This document shows, one piece after another, positions 32,628 to 43,950 of a stretch of 64,000 nucleotides of DNA (the stretch's first letter is position 1; each line of letters begins with the position of its first letter). Both the position numbers and the translations under genes were made by a program. Under the pieces are notes generated by a model that ran no database searches, had not been told where the DNA came from, and saw only the letters and a list, made by a program, of their open reading frames with translations. The stretch comes from Dudresnaya verticillata (lineage: Eukaryota). Location: assembly GCA_977862235.1 (NCBI GenBank), contig OZ374557.1:4092001-4156000 (forward strand), in the 5' to 3' direction.

Positions 32628-35600
32628 TCACTGTCTCTCGGGATTATGAGGATCTGTATCCGCATTTGCGCCCTCAATTCGCCCGTTCGGCGCCGTCAAG
32701 CCCTGAACTAAGTTAGGAATCCCATTCGAGGGGCCGCTAGGATCCACACCGGTGGCGATTAGGGTAGAATTGCTTACTTGTGGCGTGAGGTCCACTACTG
32801 AAGGGTGTTGACCCTGCGCGCCTGTTTCTTCATGCGGCGAGGGGGCCAAGGTAACCCGATCCAGAGATGTCGTCTCTCTATCTGCTTTGATGTCTAGAAC
32901 TACAACGTTCTTTCCGCGTTCTAGAACCTTATACGGCCCGAGAGCCTTGGGGAACAACTTCCCTTCGCGGGCCACACCTGAAGCGTCCTTCACCTTCGTT
33001 TCCCTCTCTATGAAAACCCAAGACCCAGGCCTCACTTTCAGGTTAGCCGGTCGAATCCGATTATTGAAATTCGTTTCATAGCGCCGTTGCGCTAACCTCA
33101 TCCGCGGTAAGGCCGTCTCCATCAGCTTCTCTAAGCGTACAGTCAGCTGCTTCTTAACGTTAGTCGCCGGCACGTGGTCGACGTCCAGTGTCTCTTCTTG
33201 TTCCATTAAGATGGATGTCGGGGGGTTAGATAACACCAGATCGAAGGACGCCAGACCCGTAGCACGATGTACAGTAGTGTTATACGCGTACGTTAACGCA
33301 GAGGTAAACTCGTCCCAGTCTTCTGATCTTCGTCGATGAAGTGTCGCAAATCCGCTAGGAGGGTACGATTAAATCGTTCTGTCTGACCGTTCGTCTGTGG
33401 ATGATAGGTTGACGTAAACATATTCCTAATTCGAAGGATGTCGCACACCGCGAGGAAGAACTCGTACGCGAATTGCGAGCCATTGTCCCAAGGACGTAAC
33501 GGGGTGGACCGAATATGAAAACCCAATGCTCACAGAAAGCCTTGTCCACCGTGTAAGCTGTCACTGTCTTCAACGGTATCGCTCGCGTGAGTTTGGAGAA
33601 TCTGTCAGTCATGACTAGGAGGAACTCATTTACTTTGCCTGAACGGGGCAGGGGCCCGAGGATGCCGATCCCTATGAATTCCAAGGGCAACGTTGCCGGG
33701 AATAACTTCATATAGGAAGTATTTTTTCGAAGCTAGACGCGCTCTTGGGCGCACTTGACGCAATTCCTTACTGTCGCGTACACGTCCAGAGACATCTCAG
33801 GCCAATATACCTGTCGTCGAAGGTTATGATACATCCTGGTACCACGAGGGTGGCCGGCCAACTCCGGGTAGTGCGCTAGGTGTAGAACTTTTTCTTTCAG
33901 CGATCTAGGTACGAGTACGTGTAGTGCGTGGTCCACGTACGACTTGTGCACAAGGAGTCCTCTCCTATCCTCGAGATAGCAACCGGGCTTACCCGTCTCG
34001 AGGTTCCGCCGAACCCAGACGCAGAAGTCTTCTGATTTTTACTCTCGGAGCAGCTCCTCCACTATTATAAGGGAGAGACCCTTCTGGTTCGATTCCTTGT
34101 CAGCCACCTGAACTATTAGCTGTTCGTCACTCTAAGGGTCGTCGTCCTCGGGTTCGACTTCTCAAACCTCTAAGGGTTGGGGTTGCGCACCCGTTCGTGG
34201 TTTCCGCGCTAGCGACCGTTCGTCGCGGGCGTCCCTTTGATCGTCTTTGATTACAAAACAGGGAATCTCGAGGTCCGGTTCCCACTGGGTGAAGCCGTAA
34301 GTTGGCAGCCGAGAGACCGCATCAGCGATCTGATTCTTCTTTCCTTTTCTGTATTGTACCTTGAAATCATATTCCAACAGGCGTAGCCTCCAGCGGGCCA
34401 GTCTCCCTGAAGCATCGGTCATGCTCATCATCCATTTTAAAGCTTGGTAATCCGTCTACAGGTAGAAGTGGGACCGTTACAAATATGCACGAAGCATCTG
34501 CGTTGCCCAGACCACTGCTAGGCATTCTTTCTCGCCTACCGAGTAGTTCTTTTCCGCCTTCGTTAGGCCGCGGCTCCAAAACCCGATGGGATGTCGGGTG
34601 CCATCTTCTTCCATCTGCATCAATGCGCACCCGATTTGGTAGTCACAGGCCTCCGTGTCGACGGAGAGAGCCTTACATTCTTGAGGGAGCCGCAGTATCG
34701 GCGAAGCGACTAACGATTTCTTGAGTAGTTCAAACGCTTCTCGCCGACGTTCGTCGAACGTTGGCAACTCGAAGCCCTGATTCTTTTATAGGGGTGTGTT
34801 GAGTGGGGCCGCCACGCGCGTGAAGTTAGGCACGAAGCGCCTGCACACATTACAAATTCCAATAAACGACCGTAACTGGGTCTGAGTCTTCGGATCCTTA
34901 AAACCTTCGACGGCTTGGGTATTCTTGGTTGCCACTTCTGGCAATCCTGGGCGGATCACGTGCCCTAAGTAGTCAACGCTCTTCGTGAAGAAGTTGCACT
35001 TCTTCAGTTTCAGCGAAACTCCTGCTTCTTGCAGTACTTCTAGAATGTCCTTCTCGTATTTGAGGTTTTCGTCGACCGTAGTCGAGAATATAATGATGTC
35101 GTCCAAATAGACTAAACAGATTTTCCACATGAATCCGGAGAGTAGGATATCAACCGTATGTTGAAAGGTCGCGGGAGCGTTACAGAGCCCGAAGGGCATC
35201 CTGAAGAACTGGAAACATCCGGCATGGCAAGTGAAAGCCGTCTTGTGCTTGTCTTGTTCCTTGACTGGAATTTTCCAATACCGAATTACAATCCAAGGTT
35301 GTAAAGTATTGGGCGTTTCCCAGCGAGTCCAGACACTCGTCCATCCGCGGGAGAGGATATGTATCCTTCACTGTGATAGCGTTCAGCTTGCGGTAGTCGA
35401 CGCAGAAACGTAGGGACCCATCGGGTTTCTTGACCAGCACTACGGGGCTTGCAAACGCCGTGCGAGCAGGCTCGATGACGCCTTCTTTAAGCATCTTGTC
35501 TACTTCGTCCTTGTTCGACTTGTCTAGCTTTCGGGCCCGACCGATAGGGTTGCGAGAATACAGGTTTGGAACCTTCTTGCAGTTCAATTCGGTGCTTGTT

Positions 35601-36667
35601 CACCTTGATTGTTCCCAGCTGGCCGTCCCACATACCGGCGAATATTCGGAGCATTTTCCGTACTCGACGACGGTCCGGCTCGGACAGGTGCTCCAGTGCC
35701 AAGTCATCGACTGACATGGGAGACAGCGTAGAGGTCGCGGTTTTAATTCCAGGCTTTGAGCCTTCGCTACCAAGTGCAGCAGCGAGTCCCGCCCCCCTCA
35801 CATCGGGGAATGTGTCCAGTTGAGGACTGGACACGGAGGTGTCAAGATTGAGGTCAGGATCAGATTCCTCGATGGAAATAGCATACACCGGCGTCCGGGT
35901 GGGCGCCGGGACAGCCTTTCCGAGGCCTTGATTCTTCTGAAGCTGCTGCTTGCGCGGCGAGAAGTTCGCAACGTTCATGTGGAAGAGCCGACTCGATTGT
36001 AGATTGACTATACCATTGGTCACAACCACGTGTTGGCGGTCGCATAACCTTGTAAATGATTATATGAAGTGCGTTCCTTGGGCGGAGCAGGTCACGGCGA
36101 CCCATTTCTCACTTCCCGGCGGTACGTTAGTGCGTTCGGCCACGCGTGTTAGTCACGAGGTAGTTAAAGGAGTGACATCCATTGGTTCTGAGGGTGAACC
36201 TTCACGGGGTATGCCGCAACGGCGCCTTAGGATAGGGTGTATCGATCCGTCTCGGAGAACGATGTTCTGTTTCCGAACACGTAAACCCTCGACGTGGGTA
36301 TCGATAAACGTGCATCCCAGGATGGAATCCACTGCAAGCGCTTTGACGACAACAAAAGGCTGTCGAACTGTGTACGAGCCCACGAGTACAACCAGCGAGA
36401 TGGTTCCAAGGGTAGTTAGTCTATGACTTGACGCAGACGTCAAGTTGACGATCGACCTGTTCGTCGAGATGCGCTTCCTTTCTTCCGGAGAAAGAACTTC
36501 CGCCCGGATCGGATTAGGGCCACCCCTGTATCCAATACGGATAGTACTCGAGTGCGTTTGTCCACAGAAGTCCCGATGGACGCAGCAACTTTATAGTTAT
36601 AGCGTGACAGCGAACAGACTGGGTCCTTACAATACTCGTCATACGTACGCCCACGGGGTAAGCCCAT
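32628..36667 (-). pseudogene. Gypsy pol remnants (protease, RT, RNase H, integrase)
   Basis: VLSVLDTG; ASPVVLVKKPDGSLRFCVDYRKLN; MPFGLCNAPATFQ; YLDDII; DTEACDYQIGCAL; GRLARWRLRLLEYDF; LAHYPELAGHP..CVKC; YHPQTNGQTERFNRT. Confidence 0.95.
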
Positions 36668-37043
36668 GGGGCGGGTTAAGATCTTCTTAGGAACAGAAGC
36701 AACATTCTCATGTGAAACCGGTCGATCCGTGGAGAAGCTGTCGAAGCTTGTGCTAGTGAAGCTGCGTTCAGGGAATCGATCGGGGGGTTCCGATGTAGCC
36801 TGAGCGATCGGGTCAACCGAAACCGGTTCCCCCTCTCTAGTTTTTCGCCTTGAGCGCGGGCGACCGTGTCAACGGTGGTGGTGGCGGAAAGGGTCGTGAC
36901 CATGTTCTTGGTGACCTCGGCGCTTGCCTTGGCGCGTCGATGGGGTGATTCAGACCCTGATGAAATTGAACTTGCCTATTTCCGGCGGCGCCCGTCCCCA
37001 TATTTTCACGCGCGCCTGTCGGTGGCCCAATCGCTTGGCCTGT

Positions 37044-39410
37044 CTAGGCCGGTCCATTCGCGAAGTAGGGTAGTCGCCCAACAGTTGCCAAACAGGCTTT
37101 CTGCTCATGAGAGAGCTCTTGGAACTGCCTCCTTTTTAGAGTCTCAAAAGACTGTTCGTCCGTACGCGCCAGGTGAGGGCAATTTGGCTTTTTATGGCCA
37201 ACGCCACAACACTCAAACCAGATGTCATTTGGTTGGTCCTCGACCGTCTGCCATCCAGGACGCTGCGTCCTTGTTGGCTGAGCCCAGGCTGGGAGCCTAT
37301 GATTGTAGTTTTGGATTACTGCATCCACTTCGCCATAACATGGCTGGCCATAGGAGTACTGCCCGGAGGACCAGCTGTCTGATTGGGTTGCCGTTGATGG
37401 TGGCGCTTCTTCATCTATAGCCGCGACGACGGCATCTTTGTTGTCGTCCTCAGAGTCGCTACTCTTTGAGGATTCGGAGCCAGATGCTCCCGACCGCCTC
37501 GACTGGCGAATGAGAAGTGCACGACCAGGTTTGTGTGTCCTACCTTCGCGAGGGTTTTCTTATGCAGCGTCGAGGTCGCTTTCTTCGCTCGGTCACCGCC
37601 CACTAGATCACGATGAGAATCTCCCTGTGCGATGGCGAGCTCGACATAATCTGCCAAACGGGCGGTCCGTGGATCCAGAGAGGTAGTGCTTAACAGCGGC
37701 TTCACCGCGGGGAGAAGATCCCTAATAAAGCGTGTTATTAAGTCTTGCTCTGTGTAGACCCCCGCGACTCGTCACGCCTGGTTTTGCAGCCGACGAGAGA
37801 AGGTGACCTCGTCCTCATTCGGCTCTTGTGCCAGAGTGTCCATATCAGAGGCTATCCTCTCAATGTAAACGTCTTTCGCATACGTGCGAAGAAGGTAATT
37901 GACGGCCTCGGCCCACTCGGTGAATCCACCATTATCGTCTCCTCCAGCGTCGAAATTCGCTTCAAACATATCTTTGGCATCTTTCTCCAGAAATTCTGGG
38001 ATGACCAGGATAGCTGCTCATTCACTAATGTGAGCTTGGTCCAGCTCTCATTTCAGCGTTGCGAGAAATCCCATAATGGATACTGGGTCACTCCCGTGGA
38101 ACCGGCGACTTCTCATCACGGTCTTCACCCGTTTGATTTTCTTCGTCGTAGTCTCCGTGACTTCCGGTCCCCGGTAGGCATCCAGGTTCAACAACCTGTA
38201 CCTCCTGTACGAAAGTACCGGTATGAAGCAAGGTTCCTCGGAATCAATTCCTTTAAACCGGAGCGCCGGGGTCCCTTCCAAGAAGACCAGGAGGGTCTGG
38301 TGAAAGTTCTTGACTGTGGCGCTTCGTCCTCGGACGGACCTGAGGTAGGGTATGCTTCCGGATGGGGGTTCCCGCCATGTCGATGGCTCGAATGCCTATC
38401 GGGGTGAGACCGAGGTTGACTCGGTCGGCTGCAATTACACCGCCGGTGATTTGGACACCGGGCCATTTCCTCATCGTCTTGAGATTCGTGGCCTGACCCG
38501 TGATGTGGTAACATTCTGCGACGGCCTCGCGTGCCTCGAGGCACTGTCGAACGACGCCGCACTATCTCAGGGAGGACTTCCCTTTCGCGGTTGAGTCGCC
38601 GCATTTGTGCTGCTAGAGCGACTCGACGCTTGTCCGCATCGAGCTCTTGTTGAAGGAGATCGATGCGTCTGTCTTGCCCAACAAAACGAGTGTTGTCCAC
38701 GTCCAGCTGGGCGTCTGAAATAGCCAAAGCGGCTTCTTGTCTTGAACGGTGGGCATCCGTTGTAACCTGGTCTAATTACTGGTGGAAAAATCTAATTGGT
38801 CCCCCAAGGAATCAACCTGGGCTTGTAGGGTCTCGACCCGTTCTTCGTCTACTCCTCGAGAGGAGGTTTGTCGACATCGAGAATCGATCTCTTCTTGGAC
38901 CTTTGCCAATAATTGATCGCCCCGGCGGGCTGTTGAGTCGTCGAAATAACGCTTCACCCTCGAGAGGGTCTCGTCGGCTTCACTCTCGACCAACGCACGG
39001 ACGCTCGTGACGAGAGCATTTTCGATGCCCAATTCGACCATCTGGCCTATCTCACGTTCTGAGAAACACCGTTGGTCGGTCGAATTGGCTTTCGTCCTCA
39101 TTAGGACCCCTATATCCGGGGGCATTGATGACTTCGTCACGTCTTCTAGGGCCTGTCCGACCGTACCGTGCTGGCTAGCCCGACTAATGGGTGGCGGCGG
39201 CATAGTACGGTTAGGACCATCATTCGCGCCGTAGTTGGCGGCGCTGGCGGAAGCGGTCCTGACCGTGTTTTCTTCATTCCGGACCTTTCCCTTCTCTGGA
39301 ACAGGTGGTTCCTCATCTCCTGGAGCGCCCGCCATTCGGGGCGGGCGTTCCACTTCTCCTACTAAAGTATTTTGGAAGAGAGGCGACCGCCGCACGGGTT
39401 CTCGTCCCAA
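37044..39410 (-). pseudogene. Gypsy gag remnants, including a coiled-coil N-terminal region and a zinc knuckle
   Basis: FHGSDPVSIMGFL; WAEAVNYLLRTYA; degenerate knuckle WFECCGVGHKKPNC; located between the PBS and the protease. Confidence 0.8.
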
Positions 39411-39973
39411 TTGTCCTCATGGAGGAAAGAATGCCGGAACGGCTTCCAGCACGACTGGTTAATCCCGGTCGGGTGGTATCGCCGTTGGAAGTCGGCATGT
39501 TCAGGTCGGTCTTGACGACCTAAACGAAGGATATCGGTCCTGTGGTTGCCTGACGGGAAAATGTTCCAAGTGGGCAATCTTCTTCAGAACCGTCGTTCTC
39601 GGGGTTACGGGCGATTCTGACCACGCGGTCTTTCCGCAATGCGCGGCCGCACAGCACGTACAAGGACGTATTTTTTGTACAGGTATTACAATAACCTGTT
39701 GAGGTTCTCCCGGAAGGGGCGTCAATCCACGACTAGGATGTGCTCGTTGAACTTAATAAACCGCCACGGCGGTAGGGTTGCTTGCACTAGATTTGACGTG
39801 ACTCCAGCGCTTGATTTGAAGCTTAGGACCGTCGTCACCTGGAAGACTAGGGTTTCAGCGTCAGGTATTCTAACCTTGAGATCTTGCAGGGAGAAAACTG
39901 GATCCTTGAAAATTCCAAAGCGATGAACTGACGTTGAGGTAATAAAGGGAACCGACCCAGAACCGAATCTAGG

Positions 39974-39984
39974 TCGGGAGACCA
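39974..39984 (-). promoter_or_regulatory. Gypsy primer binding site TGGTCTCCCGA
   Basis: TGG-starting motif 1 nt after the 5' LTR. The same motif occurs at 27320-27330. Confidence 0.8.
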
Positions 39985-39985
39985 C

Positions 39986-40672
39986 TGTAGTAGTATGGCG
40001 CGACGAGCCAGTAGCCCGCTAAACGACAAGGACAGCTGTCCCGTGCGTGCACATACCCTAACGAGGGTAGCTCAAAATGGGGAGTTGGTAGAGACTTGAG
40101 GGAAAAGGAAAAAGGCAAGCGTGCCTGAAAGAAAGGCAAAAAGGGCGGCGCCACCCTAACACTCGTAGAGTACAAAGCCGTACGAGGCTAAAGCTTCTAA
40201 AGCACCTGAAAGGGGGAGTACGGTGAGCCCGTGTAGACCAAAGAAAGGGTACAGACCCGAAACCCACCGTAGGGTTCTATTCAGCAGACCCCTGCTAGTC
40301 AGGGCGTAATAAATATGGCGAAGGCCGAAAGCGCCTTCGGCGCTATTCCTATTCTAAGCTATCGCAGTTAGCGTTAATAATTACAATGAGATAGTGAGCG
40401 GTCGTACTCCGCCCTGCGCACGTCAGGTGCTCATGACTCGGGTGCGCTCCTGCGCGTAAAGCCATGATAAATCAGCCAATCACCCAACCATCTCATTGGC
40501 GTCGTGCTGTTCCCAGCAATGCCATACAGAGTGGCCAGCAATGCATTGGGCCTTACAGCGCACCTGCACGTGCAGCGCATTACAGGCGCATGCCACGCGC
40601 AGTATTACCCGCGCATTACAGGCGCAGAACACGTGTACGTGCTTACAGCCCCTGGCGGCTCATTGTACCACA
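39986..40672 (-). repeat. Gypsy 5' LTR
   Basis: TG...CA ends; similar to 27332-28020 and 26070-26761. Confidence 0.95.
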
Positions 40673-41790
40673 GAGGCGCCAATCAAATGTCTCATCCTGG
40701 CGAAGACCAGCAATGACAGCGCTTTACAGGACATTGGCCCGTTAGGACTTGCAGCGTAGTATGCCCTATTGGCGCAACTCTCCATTGTGCCACACGGCTC
40801 CCCTCGTAAGACCGAGAGCCCCGCGAGATCTGAGCCGTTTCCAAATTGCGTTGGCCGTTGTGCCAAATCATGGGGGCCAGCCCCCATAGGGCGGAACGGC
40901 TGCGACGGAGACGCCGTCGGCAGGTTCCACACTCTGAGCCAGCGCTCGCGCGATTTTATATTGGCTCGCGCCCATGCCTGCCTGCCCGGCCAGTGGTCAT
41001 CAGCATCATCTCCCACGCACCCCGCGTCAGCGCTCTCAACGTTTGTCTGGCACACGCCGCGTCTTCCTTCCGCACTCCACATCGGGTGCGCGTCTCCTGC
41101 AATCTCTGCATCCCAACGCACGGCGCGCGTCTTCCGCTCCAACCTGTGTCTCTCGCTCAAGTCAAGACGCTACCGCGAGCCCGAGGTCGCATAAGGCGTA
41201 CATCCTCGCGTCCAGTGCGCGTCTTCCTCCACGGCCGACCATTCAGTCAAGTCAGCGACTTCAACGTGTCGCCACGTCGGCTATTCCTTCGCGTGCAAGT
41301 CGCCAGAAGAATACCTCCGGGCCAGGCCCGTCGCAGGATAGCTGCAGAAGAGCGTCAAGAACCGCGTACTCCTGGGTACCATGCCCGTGAATCCACACTT
41401 CCAGTATGGGCAGCCAGGGTCCTCCGAAAACGTGGCCCCGGTCGCCCTGGTGGCTGGAGGCGTTCCCGCGGACATAGCGGCCAGCCGCGATTGGCAGGTA
41501 GGTACAGACCTGAACCATGTGAGGCCCATGGAAGAGGGCAGTCGGGAGGAGATACGCCGCTTTGGCGGGAAGAGGGCGGAAGCCAAGGCTTGGAATACAC
41601 TGAAACGCATGCGTGTGAGCCAGCTCTCGATAACGACGCTGCGTGTCTCTACCTCGGGACTATTCCCCTTCGACTTAGCGCTCACACGTTGGCGCTGGGA
41701 GGTACCGTGGGTGGAGAACATGGCGAGCTTCATGCGCGATCGGAAGTACGTCCTGGACGAAATTGCCTTGTCCGATAAGTATGGCCTATA
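40673..41790 (-). mobile_element. 3' end remnant of a second, related Gypsy lineage (LTR/PPT junction at ~40794 and truncated antisense ORF at 41381-41780 on +)
   Basis: cattgtgccacacggctcccctcgtaagaccgagagccccgcga resembles the junction at 28010-28055. The ORF shares TDLNHV..SREEIRRFGGKRA and DLALTRWRWEVPW with 28781-28990. Confidence 0.7.
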
Positions 41791-41954
41791 TCTATTCTTT
41801 CGTGGAGGACTGTTCAGGAGTGCGCATTTTTAATTGAAATTCAAGTTGCCGTGGAGGACTGTTTAGCGATTGAGACAAGTCCTCCAGACGAGCAATCGGG
41901 ATTGTACACAAATCCTGAACATTCCTCCAGCCAATCCCGATTGGGATCCAGATT

Positions 41955-42195
41955 CTGAACAGTCCTCCAGGCTTGATCAGTCCTCCAGACTTGATCAGTC
42001 CTCCAGGCCTGAACAGTCCTCCAGTCCTGAACAGTCCTCCAGGCCTGAACAGTCCTCCAGTCCTGAACAGTCCTCCAGGCCTGAACAGTCCTCCAGGCCT
42101 GAACAGTCCTCCAGCCCTGATCAGTCCTCCAGCCCTGATCAGTCCTCCAGCCCTGATCAGTCCCCCAGCCCTGAGCGTCCTCCAGCCCTGAACAG
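41955..42195 (+). repeat. 18-bp minisatellite (ctgaacagtcctccaggc-like), ~13 copies
   Basis: Read directly from the sequence; two inverted units lie upstream at 41801-41818 and ~41850-41866. Confidence 0.95.
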
Positions 42196-42502
42196 TGTAG
42201 CGGAGAGCTGTTGGAAAACGCCTCAGCCTCTGAACTCCGAAGGTTTGGCAGCATGATCAGTCCTATGAACAATCTTGCAACTCGAGCAGTCTTCCGAAGC
42301 ATTGTCCAGCATTCACCGGGGTGTATCGAGCTTGGCGGGAGGTATCGAGGGCATGTCGCGCAACGAGATGTGCACGTCTTGAAAGTTTTCAACCAGGTCT
42401 CACCCAATCCGGATTCCAATCGGGATTCGATCACTGAACGGATCCAATCTATTGATCCGATCTGTGGCGTTTGCGGAAATCGTGAGATCAGTTTGCACTG
42501 GC

Positions 42503-42558
42503 TCAGATGAGACCAGTTGGCACCGGATCAGATGAGAACAGTTGGCACCGGATCAGAT
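42503..42558 (+). repeat. 25-bp tandem duplication cagatgag(a/c)...cagttggcaccggat
   Basis: Two adjacent near-identical copies. Confidence 0.85.
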
Positions 42559-43386
42559 CCGCATGACGGCCGCCGTTGATGCGCAACCGTAATTGCGCTC
42601 CCGCCAAAATGACGGCGCACAATTGTATTTAAGGAGCCCTGGCGTCGCAGTGACCCCGCGACGGCAGGACTCTCACTGAGCGAACGAATCTCCCTCACCC
42701 GAAACGGACGAGGAAGCAAGGTGAGTGCGGATCTCATTGCGTTCCTACAATTCGGTATCGAAGCGGACGACGTTATCCGGTTTCCATTGCGTGCTCACAG
42801 CGCTCGACGTAGGAGAAGTGACTAACCGCTCGAATTTCAACTGTTCCTTTGCGAGACGAAGCGATCGAAGAGCGTGTGCGGCGGGGATCAATCGACGAGC
42901 GGTAACGGTCAGCGAAAGCGCCGTTCGACATTGGATCAATTTCTTTCAATTACTTCCCGAGCGGAGGAATTGACGGTAAGTAGTTGACACATCTATGAGA
43001 TGTTCTTGGAAATTTGCAAGCTCTGCACATTTGCCTGGTCCTGATCGTAACTCGAGAGAGCGAAGTCGGTTTGGTTTCTAACCTGAATGCTTGTATGGAA
43101 TGCTTGTATGGACTTGTTGCGTGACTTAATAGTTGACGACAGAACGGTAAGCTATCCATTGTTGCGGGGGGTGAGAAGCTCTTGCAAAGATAAGACATGT
43201 TTTGGCGAAGATGTGCAAGAGTTGCAAATTTGCAAAAGCGTCTCATTTGATGCGAGGTGTCGAAACTCTGATGATTGCTAACCTTCAATATGAATCAACT
43301 GGTGTGCTCAATGTTTGTGTTGTTAGACCACTTGAATTTGTGAAAGATAGCATAGTCTTGAATCCCTGTTTCAACATTCCGTGGAG

Positions 43387-43950
43387 ATGAAGTTGCCGGA
43401 AACCGAGCACAATGAGGTTGGGAAGGCGAAGGCAAACTTGGCGAAGTTCAACCTGCGTTTGATTCCAGAAGTAGCCGAGCTGGGTTGCGATGCATGCAGG
43501 CATGCTGTGTTCCTCGCGGAACCTGACAACTTGCATCTTCTGAGGCATATAAGGAAGTGCCAGCCCAGCCTCTCCGTAAGTCGTGCACAATGTGTAGAAC
43601 TATGCAAGTCGTGGAGTTGCATTCGCCGAAATGTCACCAGGACATGTGATGACCACGAACATCAAGTCTACATCGGTACTGAAGCAATCAACAGTGGAAG
43701 TCGAGCGCTTGTGCGCAAGATCCCCTTCTTGACCGTCATGGATTGCTTTCCCTGCCCGTCTTGTAGGTTTTTGTCTGTATCCACGGATGGTTTGAGGAAG
43801 CATATGGATACCGAGCATGAAGGTTTGGGGAAGGCGGTGGGACTCGCAAAGTTGAAGCAGTTGAAGACGGTGAAGTGCCAGAAGCTCTTCAAGTCACGTG
43901 CTCCTGGGTATGCGTTTCCGGTGGGCGAAGGGGGAATCCGAGAGAGCTGA
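43387..43950 (+). CDS. DUF3505/OrsD-like zinc-finger region; probably the N-terminus of the downstream helicase protein, separated by a frameshift
   Basis: CDACRHAV...LLRHIRKC, FPCPSCRF...LRKHMDTEH and VKCQKLF resemble the N-termini of fungal telomere-linked RecQ helicases. It overlaps the next ORF in the +1 frame. Confidence 0.65.
   Translation: MKLPETEHNEVGKAKANLAKFNLRLIPEVAELGCDACRHAVFLAEPDNLHLLRHIRKCQPSLSVSRAQCVELCKSWSCIRRNVTRTCDDHEHQVYIGTEAINSGSRALVRKIPFLTVMDCFPCPSCRFLSVSTDGLRKHMDTEHEGLGKAVGLAKLKQLKTVKCQKLFKSRAPGYAFPVGEGGIRES

Larger units (their letters stand above)
27332..40672 (-). mobile_element. Degenerate Ty3/Gypsy LTR retrotransposon, ~13.3 kb
   Basis: Two ~690-bp LTRs, PBS, PPT, and gag-PR-RT-RH-IN fragments on the minus strand with many stops and frameshifts. 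Confidence 0.95.

Noticed and set aside
41841..42434. Repeat proteins (EQSSRP / WRTVQA)
   Set aside because: The open frames are a by-product of an 18-bp minisatellite; there is no independent coding evidence.
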